Shown piece by piece: positions 23,661-36,390 of a stretch of DNA of 64,000 nt. Position numbers and translations under genes: made by a program. The first letter of the stretch is position 1; every line of letters begins with the position of its first letter. Source of the stretch: Chrysemys picta bellii (Eukaryota); assembly GCF_011386835.1 (NCBI RefSeq), contig NC_088796.1:73842001-73906000 (forward strand). The letters are read 5' to 3'. Under the pieces are notes generated by a model that saw nothing but the letters and a program-made list of their open reading frames with translations, was not told where the DNA came from and made no database searches.

Positions 23661-24471
23661 AGTCCTTGCGCCAAAAAACGTACAATTTCAAGGTAAGAAA
23701 TAGTGTATACAAGATAATACAGGACAACCAATGAATCCACCTGGGGTGAAATCTTGGTGCCAATGAAGTTAATGGGAATGGCATTTTCCCTGAAGAGCTG
23801 CATGGAAAAGGTGGGTTTTAAAGGAAAACTGTAATGTTTGAGGGCTGGAGATGGAAAGCAGCACCAACATCAGAAGCAAGCTCATAGCGGTTACCATTAC
23901 AAAGCCAATATTTACACATAAGAGAGCATCACTACAGGAATATCCAAATAGGGTCTAAACCAGCAGAGGCTGGCACCCCTCTGGACTTTGTTGTAGGTAG
24001 GCATTATAGGCAGGGCTTCTAGTATAGTCTATTATTATGGGTTCTCAACATTTACCACTATATGACACTGTTCTCAGTTTCTTATAACTTTGCCAAATTT
24101 TAACCAGAATTTCCCATGACATATGTCTTCCTCAGGCTTTCGGGGCAAGGGGAAGAGATGTTATAATGGCTCAGCCATTTCTGAGAAGGAAATTAGGGAG
24201 AAATACATTGTTTTACTCATATCAAAAAAATTCTTAGGCTTTTTTCTTTAAGAAGTTCTAGCACTCCCATGCTTTGGAGCAGGGATTTGAAATTTGGCAG
24301 CAGGCTGGCCTTTGTTTCAGTGTGGAAAAAATAGTGTGAGATCCCATAACTAAAGCCTGTAGCATAATCCGTATGCACAAGGGTGCTGCATTAAGGATGC
24401 GCAGGCAACTTTAATTCTGGCATTTCCTAACTTTTGAAACCTTTTTGTGATTTTTGTTTGAATTTGCAACC

Positions 24472-24475
<4 letters not shown>

Positions 24476-24526
<51 letters not shown>
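24476..24526. repeat. (TG)25 microsatellite
   Basis: Uninterrupted TG dinucleotide run of 51 bp. Confidence 0.98.
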
Positions 24527-24528
<2 letters not shown>

Positions 24529-27500
24529 AGGATTTTTGTTAGTTTGTTTTGAGGATAATAATATTAGATAATAAATTAAATGAGCAAGAAACAGCTCTTA
24601 AAATTATTTTTAATATTAAGGTAGGGAAGAGCTTAACAAGTAGAAAAAGATGGTTGGTTACACCAGCATTTGACTTGTTCTCAGAAAATGGCACAAAAGA
24701 AAACTGCACACAAGAAAACTCAGGGTCACTGCACTTGTAGAGAGAAATGTGTGACTTCACAGCACTTCACCACTTATTAGATTTGATTGAAAGGAAGTCA
24801 GAGACAGACAGACAGAAAAAGGTAAAAAGAAACAAACCTTTGATCTGAAACTTTAGTTAAGTAAGCTTCCCCTGGTGAGTAAACATGACAAAGTTCTTTC
24901 CTGGTCACATTACTTTAATCAAATTGCTTTTATTTACTATATGGACTGTTCAATTTGAGAAACCCCTTAGCCATCAGTTATATGATCTGTCCAATTGCTC
25001 ACACAAAGAGAGGAAAGGGAGTCTTTATCTTTAAATTATAACACTACATTACTTCTGGAGAAAGCCTGAGCTGACCTTGAGAATCCTTCTTCACAAACAT
25101 GAGCTACTGTGGAGGGGGATGGCTGTCAAGCACCATCACCATTTGGCAGCACAGGTGCTGTTTATAGCACTGAGACTTTGGCAGCTCTTTGGCATGCTCT
25201 TCACACTACAAGTCTGTGCATGTGCACTGGGCTACATTTACAATCCAAGCAAGATGCTAAATCTGTCATTGTCTGTCTCTAACTCGACTGCAACTGCTGT
25301 CTGCTGGCAAATGCTGATACCCAATGCCTGAATGGAGTCCCTGTAAAGTGGGCACTTGTTACTGCCTGCTCCACCCCGCTCATATTTCACGCATTGATGA
25401 GATGTGGAACAGTCTTTCAGGGGCTATCAGCATTCTATTAGAGATGGCAGGCCTCACCAAGTGCAGCTGGGCAGGCTCCATTTCAGGATCCATAGACAGC
25501 AACTCTTCAGAATCTCCCGTAAACACCCAGTCCATCCCCACCACACACACACTCAATCCATGGACATGTGCATGCATATCCCACTACCTCTACTGGTCTC
25601 CTAAAAATATCCCAAAAATACAAGGAAGGGGAACGCTTTTACAATAGGCTCATTGTGACTGATGTGCTACTAAAGCCATAGCAGATTGAAACTGCATGGC
25701 ATGTTGTGCCATAATGTTTGTGTCTGGATTATTCTCACTTTCAGTACCTATCGAATATGGTTTTATCTTTTTTAAAGTAGTTTTTGCTGAGTGGAAGTAA
25801 TACAGTCCCTTTGAGGCTTCTGAGGCTTATAAAAAGGTATTTTATTTTTTCATCTGTGTACACGCTCAGGGTTCCTAGATGTTGTGCTCAACCAGTAAAA
25901 CTGAATGGGAATAAAAATGAAAAAGGGAAGATGTAAAGCTAGCAGATTTACTTTTGTCTTGAGAATCTTCACGGAGTAAGCTATTTCAGCTTCTAATCTT
26001 AATGATACAGCAGTCAGGAGGAGTGATTATCTCTCTGAGCCTGATATATTAATTCAAATGCACTGTATATTCTTGATATGAAGTACACTTCTTGGGACCG
26101 GTGCCCATGAATGTTTCCTTCAGAAAATAAAGATCCTAGTTACAAAAGAAGGCTCCCATTAAACAAGCAAATGAGAAAAGGCTGCGGCAGCTTAGTACAG
26201 CTGATTTTACAATGGATTCAAGCACAAAATCTATTACAGAAAATGCCTGATCTATATATTTATGAAACAGGCCCTACAAAGAGTAGAATTTCTGTGCCAG
26301 ACCAGTACAACCACACAGGTCAGGAGGCTCATTAGCCAACAGTTACAAAAACACAGTAAGACATTTTAAAAATGCAGTTTTGTTAAATATCCAAAGTGTT
26401 TAAGTAATCCAAAGACCTTGGCTTTCAGCCTTTTGACTAATCATGCAATCAGGCGTGTGTCTATCCCGGGTAAGTGCTCATGATGTCATGTGTTAATGCT
26501 TACCTACACATGTCCTTGTGGGGGGGAGCGGTTTGCCTCTAACACGTGTATTTATTTAGGTAGCAAACAAATGAGCCTGGGGAAAACATCACATTTTATC
26601 ATTTTAAAAACAATGCATAGATATAGGCACAAATCATTGATTCCGCAGCAGTTCAATCACCCCCCTTCTACACTCATCTTTCCCACAGTCTCCCAGTCTC
26701 CTGGTCTAGTTGCACCAACAAACCCCAGTCCCTTCACTTTATGTAACTGGCCCATCTCCCCATCTTATAGTCTTTAGGAGGAGGCCTCGGGGCCTTCATT
26801 TCACCCAGATTCATATGGCAACACAGCTTTGGGGGAATCCCTGAGAGCCCATTTTCATCATCTCTTCCTAGGTGTCCCTCTGACTTGGCAGGTTTTCCTC
26901 TGGGAAAGGATCCAGCTAGCTTTTACTACCCATCTTACCCATAAGCAACAGCAGGAGCTGGGCCCAACAACTCCAGTAACCTAGCAACCTGGACCACCCG
27001 CCCGCTGAGTATAAATGTCATATAGTTTGTATCTATATCCTCCAGAACACACTGCATATTTCAGAACATGAGCAATGCATATTTAAGAGCAGTCAGAGCT
27101 CAATAGAGAGATGGAGAAAGGAAGGAGATGGGCTTTCTTAACCACACTTTTCAAACCTTACAGAAAACTTGATTTGAACAATGAGCAAAGGTTCAGCCAT
27201 CCCTAGTTTATTCCAGTGCACAACAAGGAAATGGTTACAACTGCAATCCTAGCTGCTCTAGAGTTTTAGGAGATACCAATGGAAGGGGAAATGGGGCCTC
27301 TTTATTGTTTCTACAATTTTTAAGTTTCTGCCATATCTTCAACCCAGCAATTCCATAAAGAACATTTTCAGCTGGATATCCTGCAAGAAGAGATTAATCC
27401 AAAATGTCACGTTTGATGTGACTCCAACACAATAGGACACCTTACATAGCTACAAACTAGCATGCTTAGCCACCAATGAAGAACATGTTATTGAAGTACA

Positions 27501-29228
27501 ACAGACACCATTGGTTAGCCATTCTTATGTGATAAACAGAATTATCTTTACAACTGCAATGGGCTGTGATTGATCTAAAGGATCTTTTCAGTCTGTCAGT
27601 CCCATACAATCACGGCCGGCCCACAATATTTTGGCACCTGAGGCGGGGAGCTCAAATGATGCCCCCATGCCCTCTCGCTTGGGCCAAAACTTTGAAAGGT
27701 CTCAATTCTGCCTTCTTCCTGTTCTACTCCTCTTATGGTACTGCTCTGCTACCTACCCCAATAAAGGAGAACTAACCATTTAAAATGCTTTCTTCAAAAA
27801 TTTTAAACAACACTTAACTTTCAACCACCTGAACAGCAAATGTAACTTTTCTTGTCTGCATAGTAAACGCTGGCATTTTTATCAGTTGGAATAATCAAAG
27901 TGGTGCTTTCTGTGCCTTCTTGGTTGCAAAGATTTGAACTGCTTCCTGAAGGTCTACAGTCTGGGCCAGCTCATGCTCTATTGAGATGGTTGCACGGGTG
28001 ACCAGCCAATCCTGTGTCATTGTGGAGCACAGATGTGTTTTTATTAACTTCAGCTTGGAGAAGCTGCCTTTTCCACTGGCAACTCTTACAGGAAGTGTTA
28101 GAAGTATGCACAGAGCAACAACAGCATTTGGAAAGAGGGTGGTCATCTTATTTGTGCACATATATTCCAGAACAGCCTTTGGAGTTGATCCTGCTGAAAT
28201 GCATCTTGAAAGGGCTTTCAGTTCATCATCCAAATCACTCGCATCAATATAGCGCATGTCATCATGTCTCAACACTGTCTCTAGTGCCCAGCATTGCTCG
28301 TGTAGGTCTTCTTCAGGTATAGTGAGGAGTTTTGGAATATCATACAACATCCCAAATATACTGCTGTGTTCCTTAAGCTGCATGAAACCTTCTTCAACTG
28401 ACTGTATTGCACAATCTAGCACCTGGTTAAAGGATTCAACTTTGAATTGTTGTTTGGGGTCTCTTATGGGATTATCCCGTCCTCGTAATCAAAATGTCAT
28501 CTTCTTCGGTGACTTGTATTCTTGAATGGGTGGGAAAATAGCTTCAGTGTGAAGTTCCTCTGCCAACTTCTGTGACCTCTTCAGAACATTTTGAAATCCC
28601 TCATCTGACCGGTAAGACTGTAGGTATGACTTTGCTTTGTCTAGTTGTTCCATTGCTCCAGATATATCAAGGTCAACACCTTGGAGTCTCTTGCTTACAA
28701 CATTTATTTCAAACAGTATGTCATGCCACAACACTAAGCCATACAGAAATTTGAAGTTATGTATGTTTCTGGTGATTCCATTTCCCTCTGCCACTGTTCT
28801 CCCATGAACAGTTCCTGTCATACCATTATCCTCCATAATGGCAACTATGGCATCATCTATCTTCCCAATTTGGTATTTGATAGGCTTTATCGCCTCCACT
28901 CGACTTTCCCATCGTGTGGCACTCAGTGGTTTCAGCGTCAGAGAGGATGTTCCCAGATGTTGCTTCAAAATTTGCCATCAATGAGTTGATGCAGAGAAAA
29001 ATACACAGATGCTTTGAATTACATTAAAAAATTCATCAGCCTCACTAGAAGCTGATGCTGCATCACTGACCACCAAGTTCAATGAATGGGAACTGCATGG
29101 GACAAAAAAAGCTCGAGGGTTTAACTCTCGGATCCGTGTCTGCACTCCTCTGTTCTTTCCTCTCATGTTGGCACCATTATCATAGCCCTGACCTCTCATG
29201 TCAGCTATCGCAATTCCTGTATCTTCCA

Positions 29229-29412
29229 CAGGGGCGGCTCTAGGCACCAGCAAAGCAAACACATGCTTGGGGCAGCTCAGTTGCAGGGGCGGCAGGAATC
29301 CAGCATGGGAGCTGAGAACCAACAGGGGGCCCTGGGAGCTGTAGTTCCTTGGTTAGCTCCCTGCCTATAGAGCCAGCCCTGGAGCAGGGAAAGAACTACA
29401 TTTCCCAGCATT
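29229..29412. mobile_element. One-ended hAT MITE fragment inside the transposase
   Basis: Begins CAGGGGCGGCTCTAGGCACCAGC...TGCTTGGGGCAGC, matching the terminus of the complete MITE at 52124-52338; the other TIR is absent. Confidence 0.75.
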
Positions 29413-29760
29413 CTCACAATGGCAATGAGCCTTTTCAGAACATTTTGCCAGTAAAGAGACTCTGATGCAATCTTCTCTTGATGCTGAACATCTATGGTGT
29501 CCTTTAACCTTAGTCTCATCTCAAACTCTTTCCACCTATGGAATGCTCTCTGATGACTTGCTGCCTTCTCATGGCATGCCAGATTTCTAGCCAGATGTTT
29601 CCAGTCCTTTGTTCCTGTAGAACCCAATGTGGCTGGAACATTAGACTGGAAGAGTTTGCAACAAAAACAGTATGCAGCATTCTGGGTTTTTGAGTACATA
29701 AGCCATAGCCTCTCCACTTTGTCACCATTGGGGATTTCACGGCAGTAATGTGTTGGATGG

Positions 29761-30572
29761 TGTCATAACTATAAAGGGAAGGGTAATAGCTGTCCTGTGT
29801 ACAGTACTATAAAAATCCCTCCTGGCCAGAGACTCCAAAATCCTTTTCCCTGTAAAGGGTTAAGAAGCTCAGGTAACCTGGCTGGCATCTGACCTAAAGG
29901 ACCAATAAGGGGACAAGATACTTTCAAATCTTGGTGGGGGGAAGGCTGTTGTTTGTGTTCTTTGTTTGGGAGTGTGTTCGTTCTCGGGACTGAGAGGGAC
30001 CAGACATCAATCCAGGTTCTCCACATCTTTCTAAACAAGTCTCTCCTATTTCAAACTTGTAAGTAAATAGCCAGGCAAGGCGTGTTAGTTTTCCTTTGTT
30101 TTCTCAACTTGTAAATGTACCTTTTACCAGAGTGTTTATCTTTGTTTGCTGTACTTTGAACCTAAGACAGAGGGGAGTCCTCTGAGCTCTTTAAGTTTGA
30201 TTACCCTGTAAGGTTATTTCCATACTGATTTTACAGAGATGATTTTTACCTTTTTCTTTAATTAAAAACCTTCTTTTTAAGAACCTGATTGATTTTTCCT
30301 TGTTCAAGATCCAAGGGGTTTGGATCTTGATTCACCAGGAGTTGGTGGGAGGAAGGAGGGGAATGGTTAATTTCTCCTTGTTTTAAGATCCAAGGGGTTT
30401 GGATTTGTATTCACCAGGGATTTGGTGAAGGTTTTTCAAGGTTTCCCAGGAATGGAATCCATTGAAATGGTGGCAGCCGAACCAGAGCTAAGCTGGTAGT
30501 TAAGCTTAGAAGTTTTCATGCAGGCCCCTACATTTGTACCCTAAAGTTCAAAGTGGGGATCCAGCCTTGACA
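29761..30572. mobile_element. Solo LTR inserted in the transposase
   Basis: TGTCA...TGACA termini; perfect 5-bp TSD GATGG (29756-29760, 30573-30577); 812 bp. Confidence 0.95.
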
Positions 30573-32675
30573 GATGGAAACTTCTATTTTCATTGTCTTT
30601 GGGGAACATGAAGTTTTTCACTTGCCGTGGCCCATGCAGTACAAGGAAGTCCCTCAGGCTACTACTCAAGTGGGTCCACAGTCCTGGATCATCTAGACTT
30701 AAGGAACTAAATTCAGCAGCAGCTGTTTCTTGCACCTCCACCACACTCTTCTCTGATCTACACTTTTCTTCAGGAATGTGCATGGTTTCATCCATTTGAG
30801 ATGGAGATATGGATGCTGCAGTAACTGCCAGGTCACCTGCACTCTGACTAACTGGAAGATCAGGCATCTCCTCACCACTCACATCCTCACTGGGGCCGGA
30901 AGGCTCACCGTGAACATTTATGTCTATGTATCTCAGGAGAGCTCCTTCCTGCTTAGATAGAAAAGCTTCCTTTGCTTGCTTTCTTTTTCTGAATGCTGCC
31001 CCAGAGGGACATTTTCTTCTTTCACTGACGATTGCTGTTCTGTGCCAGCTATAGTGGCTTTCAACACTCAGTTGAGGGGACAAATAAGCAGGCTGGTAGC
31101 AGGGTCTGAGTGAGGGAAGATATCAGCGTCTTAAGGGCCTAACTGGCTCCTACTACTTCAGTTGACTGCCTGTTCTCCTCAAGTGGGTTCAGGGAAGTAG
31201 CAGGAAACAGGAAGCTCCCTGAGAAGCTGGTGTTGATCAGTCCAGGCTCCTGGGGGTGCTAGAGAGGTACATAAAAGGCTCCTCCTCCTCTCTCTCCCTG
31301 CAGCTCCTGCTGCTTTCTGTTATTCCCTCTCATCTTTTCTCCTGCCTGCCTGTTATGTCTCTTGTGCCCTCCTTCCTCCAGCAGAGCACTCCACCATCTC
31401 TGTGCATCTAGAGCAGAGAGAATACATATGCACCAGCAGCAGACACAATTTTCTACACTCTGGGTCCTAGTGGCACCTCCCCACAGTCTGGCACTTAAGG
31501 CGGCCGCCTCATTTCGCCTCATGGTAAGGCCAACCCTGGCTCTTGGCTTCTCAGAAGTGATAAGTGAGGCATGAAATAGTGACTCAGCCAAACAGAAAGG
31601 AAGTCAAAGTAATAACAAAACGCCCAGAGTTCTTTCCGAGATTTGACTGCCTTCTGATCAGTTTCAGAGCCCTTCAGAGACATTTCTTTCCTCCCCGCCC
31701 TCCTTTCTTTTCAGTTCCCACTGACTCTGTAGCCATATTGTACTGATGTCAGATTGAATTTAGAAATAGGCCAATTATTTTTTTCCATCCCACCCCCAAC
31801 CATGGACAGTCTTTCCAGTGATTTTACCATATACCTGACCAGAACAATTTCCTTATTCAAATCCCCCAAGGCCTCTTTTGACAGGATGCCTAACGAAGTG
31901 AGCCAAAGATAATTATTTAATTAATTAAAACAAAAATATTGAACTAACAAGACATCAGCCAATTGTCCCCCGATCACTTTGCTTGTATAGCATACCCCTC
32001 TCTCACACTCCGGTTTTGTTTGGGGTTTTTGGGGCGGGGGGGGGGGGATTTTAAAATGTATATGTTCTTTGAGCAGGGACGGTGTCTTCCTATATGTTTA
32101 GTACAGCACATCGCCCATTTTGAGGGCTGTCATAATGCAAGTCATAGATAATAATAAATGTGTTAATTCTTCTCCCACTTTAAAACCAGTGTAACTGTAT
32201 CAACTTTCTAAGTTATTCTTGTTTTTCACCAGTGTAGGAGTCAGACTCAATATCTGCATTTAACTTTAGTATTTAGCAAAGATGGGCACTCACAAGTTCC
32301 TGAGTATTTTACCACACACATCTCTGCTAGCCCAGAGAAAGCCGCACAATCTTTTCATTAGTTTTGCAAAGCGGTTAGGGAAACTGGTCTAACTTACAAG
32401 AGAGAGGAAAATATTTCTCATTAACTCTAGGTAGTTTGAATTAGCAGATGTTTGCCTACATTCTTGTCTCCAATTAAAATACATCCAAATTCTATCACTG
32501 CCCTATCGTGCTCTGAATTTCCACATTCTTATTATTACGTGAAATATTTCATTTTCCTGTCTTCCATAGATATTATTGTACATTCTGTATCTGGTAGAGG
32601 ATTAAGATAATTCAAGGAATATTATAACCATTACTTCTTCCTCCTGCTCCATGGAATAATAAATATAACCTGAAC

Positions 32676-33925
32676 TAGGGTGACCAGATGTCCTGATTTT
32701 ATAGTAGGGTGACCAGATCACTGATAGGAAATATCGGGATGCAGGGTGGGTAGGGGAGGATATCGGGACACGTGGGGAGGGGTGGAGCAAAAAAAAAAAA
32801 GCAGTTTTGCAGGTGCCGGCCGCACCATGGCTGCTGCCCCTCCCCCCCAAGGGCCCCAGACACATGCGGCACATCCCACCGCCCCGCGGGGAAGGAGCCA
32901 CTGGAGCGAGAGGCGCGGGGCTCCGGACCCCGGCAGTGGCGGGGGGAGAACGGCTCAGGGCCGCGCGAGTGGGAACATCAAGTTTATCGGCTGGTGGGGA
33001 GACCCCGGCCGGCTCCTCGCCCTGCCCTGTAGGGGGGTAGCGTCCCCGCCCCGCGCCAGCATGTCCCACCGGCCACCGCAGGCCAGGTAAGGAACTGAGT
33101 CCCTCCCTCCCCCCGGCTCCTCAGCTGAGCGGCATTCCTCCTCCCTCCCAGGCTTGCAGCTGGAATGCCGGCGCAAGCCTAGAGGGAGGGGGTGGTGGCC
33201 GGCTTCCAGTTCCTGCGGCTAGTGAGTACGGGCACCTGGTGGGCAAGGGGAGCTGGCAAGGGGGCTGCTCCCCCAGGAGGCGGATGGGGGGGCTAAGATG
33301 AGGAGCCAGGACGAGGGGGAAGGGGGCGACTCGGCTCCTTACCTGGTCTGTGGTGGCCGGCGCGACATGCTGGCGTGGGGCGGGGAGCCGGCCGGGGTCC
33401 CATCCAAGCCGATAAACTTTACATGGCCACTCGTGCGGCCCCGAGCCGCTCTCCCCCACTGCTGCTGGGGTCCGGAGCCCCCCAGTCTACCTCCTGGGGG
33501 AGCAGCCCCTTGTCAGCCCCCTTGCCCGCCCAGTGCCCCTACTCACCAGCTCCAGGAACTGGAAGCCAGCCACCACTCCCTCCCTCCAGGCTTGCCCCGC
33601 CATTACAGCTGCAAACCTGGGAGGGAGGAGGAAGAGGCGGGGCCAGGGCGGGGATTTGGGAAGGGAGCCAATGGGGGAGAGAGAGGGCAGAGTTGGGGGG
33701 GGCAAGAGCCCTTCCGGGAGGGCAAAATTGCTTGTTTGTCCAGTGTCCCGACCGCACATCGGTCGGGATAAACAAGCAAATATCGGGACAGTCCCGATAA
33801 AATTGGTACGTCTGGTCACCCTATTTTATAGGGACAGTCCTGATTTTTGGCTCTTTTTCTTATACCGGCTCCTATTACCCCCCACCCCCATCCCGATTTT
33901 TCACATTTGCTGTCTGGTCACCCTA
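32676..33925. mobile_element. Blackjack-type hAT MITE (outer, older), split by a nested element
   Basis: TAGGGTGACCAGATGTCC...TCTGGTCACCCTA; the remaining halves match the ~124-bp MITEs at 57016 and 59631; degenerate TSD ACCTGAAC / ACCCAAAT. Confidence 0.85.
32705..33823. mobile_element. Blackjack-type non-autonomous hAT element (inner, younger), GC-rich
   Basis: TIR TAGGGTGACCAGA / TCTGGTCACCCTA; perfect 8-bp TSD TTTTATAG (32697-32704, 33824-33831). Confidence 0.92.
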
Positions 33926-36390
33926 ACCCAAATGAAGTTCTTATTTCTTTTTATTATTTTAATCAGGGCAGATATGCAATTTTCTTTTCTCTTCTTTTTC
34001 AATGGGAGACAGGAAAGCTATTTTGAAAGTTCTGGTTTTACTTCTGGTTAAAATGTAACATCTTTACATTTTAGACATTGCCAATCAAGTTAACACAAGC
34101 TAAAATAGGAGTCTCTTGCTGCTTTAGAATGTTTTGTGTTCATGCTGTTTTGCTACAAGCAGAATATAAGGAAGAAATCACCCCAAATACATTTAGCACT
34201 TATTATGTGTAAGACATTAAACTACAATCAAGCAGAAGGAAGTGACAGCCATACTCAGAAACAAGTATGTGCATTTAATAGTGGACCCTCAGGCTGGCTT
34301 GTGACCTGTATACTACTGACGATAGCACACAAGCTTCAGAAACCACTGGTAACGATGACAGAGGATTATATTTAGTGGGAGTTCAATAAAATGAATGATA
34401 CTCAGCCTCTTCTCAACTAGCCATTTTCAATGATCCATGCAGAGCCTTATCTAGTGTACTTAGAAACAGACCAGAAATGTGAGTACAGTGTAGTATTCCT
34501 CCTTAACAGAAACAGTACAAACTGATGAGTTAGACTCATTACACTATTGCTTATATACTGTATATATAAATGAGCTCCATACATTTGACCATCACTACAC
34601 TGACATAGCAGAAGTTAACAGCAGTGAAGTTTTTAGTAAACAGTCTCAGAAAGTGTCTTGAAAAGGGATTGTATAAGGCAGGATCCTTCTATCATTAGAT
34701 GCCTGGTCAGTGATGAATGTTGCCAGCTAGTTCTCTGGGGTGGATTTTGACTGCCTCACTTGGGTGGAAGATCAAGAACTCAAGGCAGGAAACAAAAAGT
34801 TGGAGAATGTAGAGATGAAGAGATCTAGTGGATATTCTAGTCCATCTTCCTGCCATTGCACTCCCTGCTTTGGAGGAAAAGGATGGTGGGCTGGGAGTAA
34901 CAATCTGTCTGAGAGAAGAAAGGAAGACTCATTTAGGGGTGAAGAGAGTCCAGTTTCGGTATCTCATTTAGACAAACTCTGGGGGCTTGAGCATAAAAGT
35001 TGATGTTGATGCTGGCTGAAAGAAAAATAAATATTGACATCTATGGGATATAGGCTAGAAGAGTTACATACACTTATTTCTATCATTTGTTTCAGAGAAC
35101 CAATATTTAGGGACATTTTTCCCCACTACCAAACATTCATCAAAATATTGACTCCCCCTTGAAGGATTTTCAGAAGAGCAGGTGGCTCTCTGCTAGCAGA
35201 ACAAATGTCAAGAGCTAGTAGGAACCTTAATTTAAGAACCAACATGAAATATCAAGTGACATTCCACATTATTCCAGTCATGAAGAAATAGCCATAAAAA
35301 TATCAACTAGTTGAGGGACAGACTGAACTTGCCGTGAAAGAAAGAAAGAAACTTCAGGTCCATTCTCCTTGGAGTGGCTGAGCCTCAGCTCCAATTAACT
35401 GAGTCACCATTTCATTCCTTCTCTGCTCTCAGTCAGTGTAGCTATGCACTGTCCCTTCCTCAGGCCAGACTGGAAAGTGCCAATCCACCACGAAGAGAAG
35501 AGGGCCTGATTTTGATCTTTCACTAGCATATATCAGGAGTAACTCCTCTGTTGTCAGTGGAGTGTCACTGGTTATATACCAGTCTGTGATTTGAATTGGG
35601 CTTATTACCTTCGCAATGCTTCTACCTAGCCCTAGCCCAGGAAATTAGAACAGCAAGCTCACTGCCAATCTCATGTAATGGCTACATGTGTCACTAGCTG
35701 AGTATCTGAACTGAGACTGGCCATTTTCTAAATGGGACCATGCTAGTTTTTTTCCCAACATTTGTCACCTTTCTAGAGTTTTATAGAATTATTCCTTGTT
35801 ACATCCTTTCTATTTTTTAAGGTTTCTATGTACATGTTTGGAAAAGTCTGTTAAGCTAACAGAATGTGCCTAACATACTTTGTATTTTCAGAATTAACTG
35901 TAAAATATTGATGATAATTTCCTGTGTGGAAATACATGCTTAAAGACATGCCATTAAATGAAATAAAACCATGCACATTGGGCCTGTTTGCCAGTGCCTT
36001 GGCACCTTGTGTAAGCATTTATATCTGTGCGAAATGGATGTAAAATGCTACCATTCTCAAATGGTAGCTACTACACAAGGTAAAGACAGTGAAGACAAGG
36101 TTTTGGAAAGGGGACCTTGCATATCATCTGGAGTTCTACAAGGTAATGCAATTTCCCATTCCTTTTAAATGCCTTCTGAAGAATTATGTAATCAAGATCA
36201 GTCTGATGTCTCTACTGATCAATGGCACTCCCTTTGATGACTTCAGCATGTCACCAATGGTTACATTCATTTCCTTTCCATAAAAACACTAAAGAGGATA
36301 AACTTCCCTATTGCTATAGAGGAATGAAAGCTGACGTGCCTAAGGGACTATGCAGTGTAGTCATGTCATGTCGGTCCCAGGATATTAGAC

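Larger units (their letters stand above)
27895..31029 (-). pseudogene. hAT transposase pseudogene (TTF-type zinc finger, DDE core, hATC dimerisation domain)
   Basis: Motifs: WLMYSKTQNAAYCFCCKLF...GTKDWKHLARNLACHE (zinc finger), DMRGQGYDNGANMRG...FVPCSSHSLNLVV, LKPLSATRWESR, FPNAVVALCILLTLPVRVASGKGSFSKLKLIKTHLCSTMTQ. Disrupted by a solo LTR, a MITE fragment with deletion, a TGA at 28978 (probably from CGA) and compensating indels near 28490-28510. Confidence 0.95.
27611..31538 (-). mobile_element. hAT DNA transposon (ZMYM1/Tip100-like), formerly autonomous, with nested insertions
   Basis: Degenerate TIRs CACGGCCGGCCC (27611) and (rc) CAGGGTTGGCCT (31538) flank a fragmented transposase; TSD not preserved (CATACAAT vs GCTCTTGG). 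Confidence 0.9.

Noticed and set aside
25077-25647. Cluster of 65-107 aa ORFs as a gene or retrocopy
   Set aside because: No recognisable motif, no consistent strand and no splice structure.
30541-30572. C-terminus LSRLDPHFEL of the 180-aa ORF as transposase sequence
   Set aside because: It is read-through into the inserted LTR past the GATGG TSD.
32602-33819. CpG-island promoter or coding gene
   Set aside because: The GC-rich block coincides exactly with a TSD-bounded nested transposon, and the ORFs in all frames lack domains.
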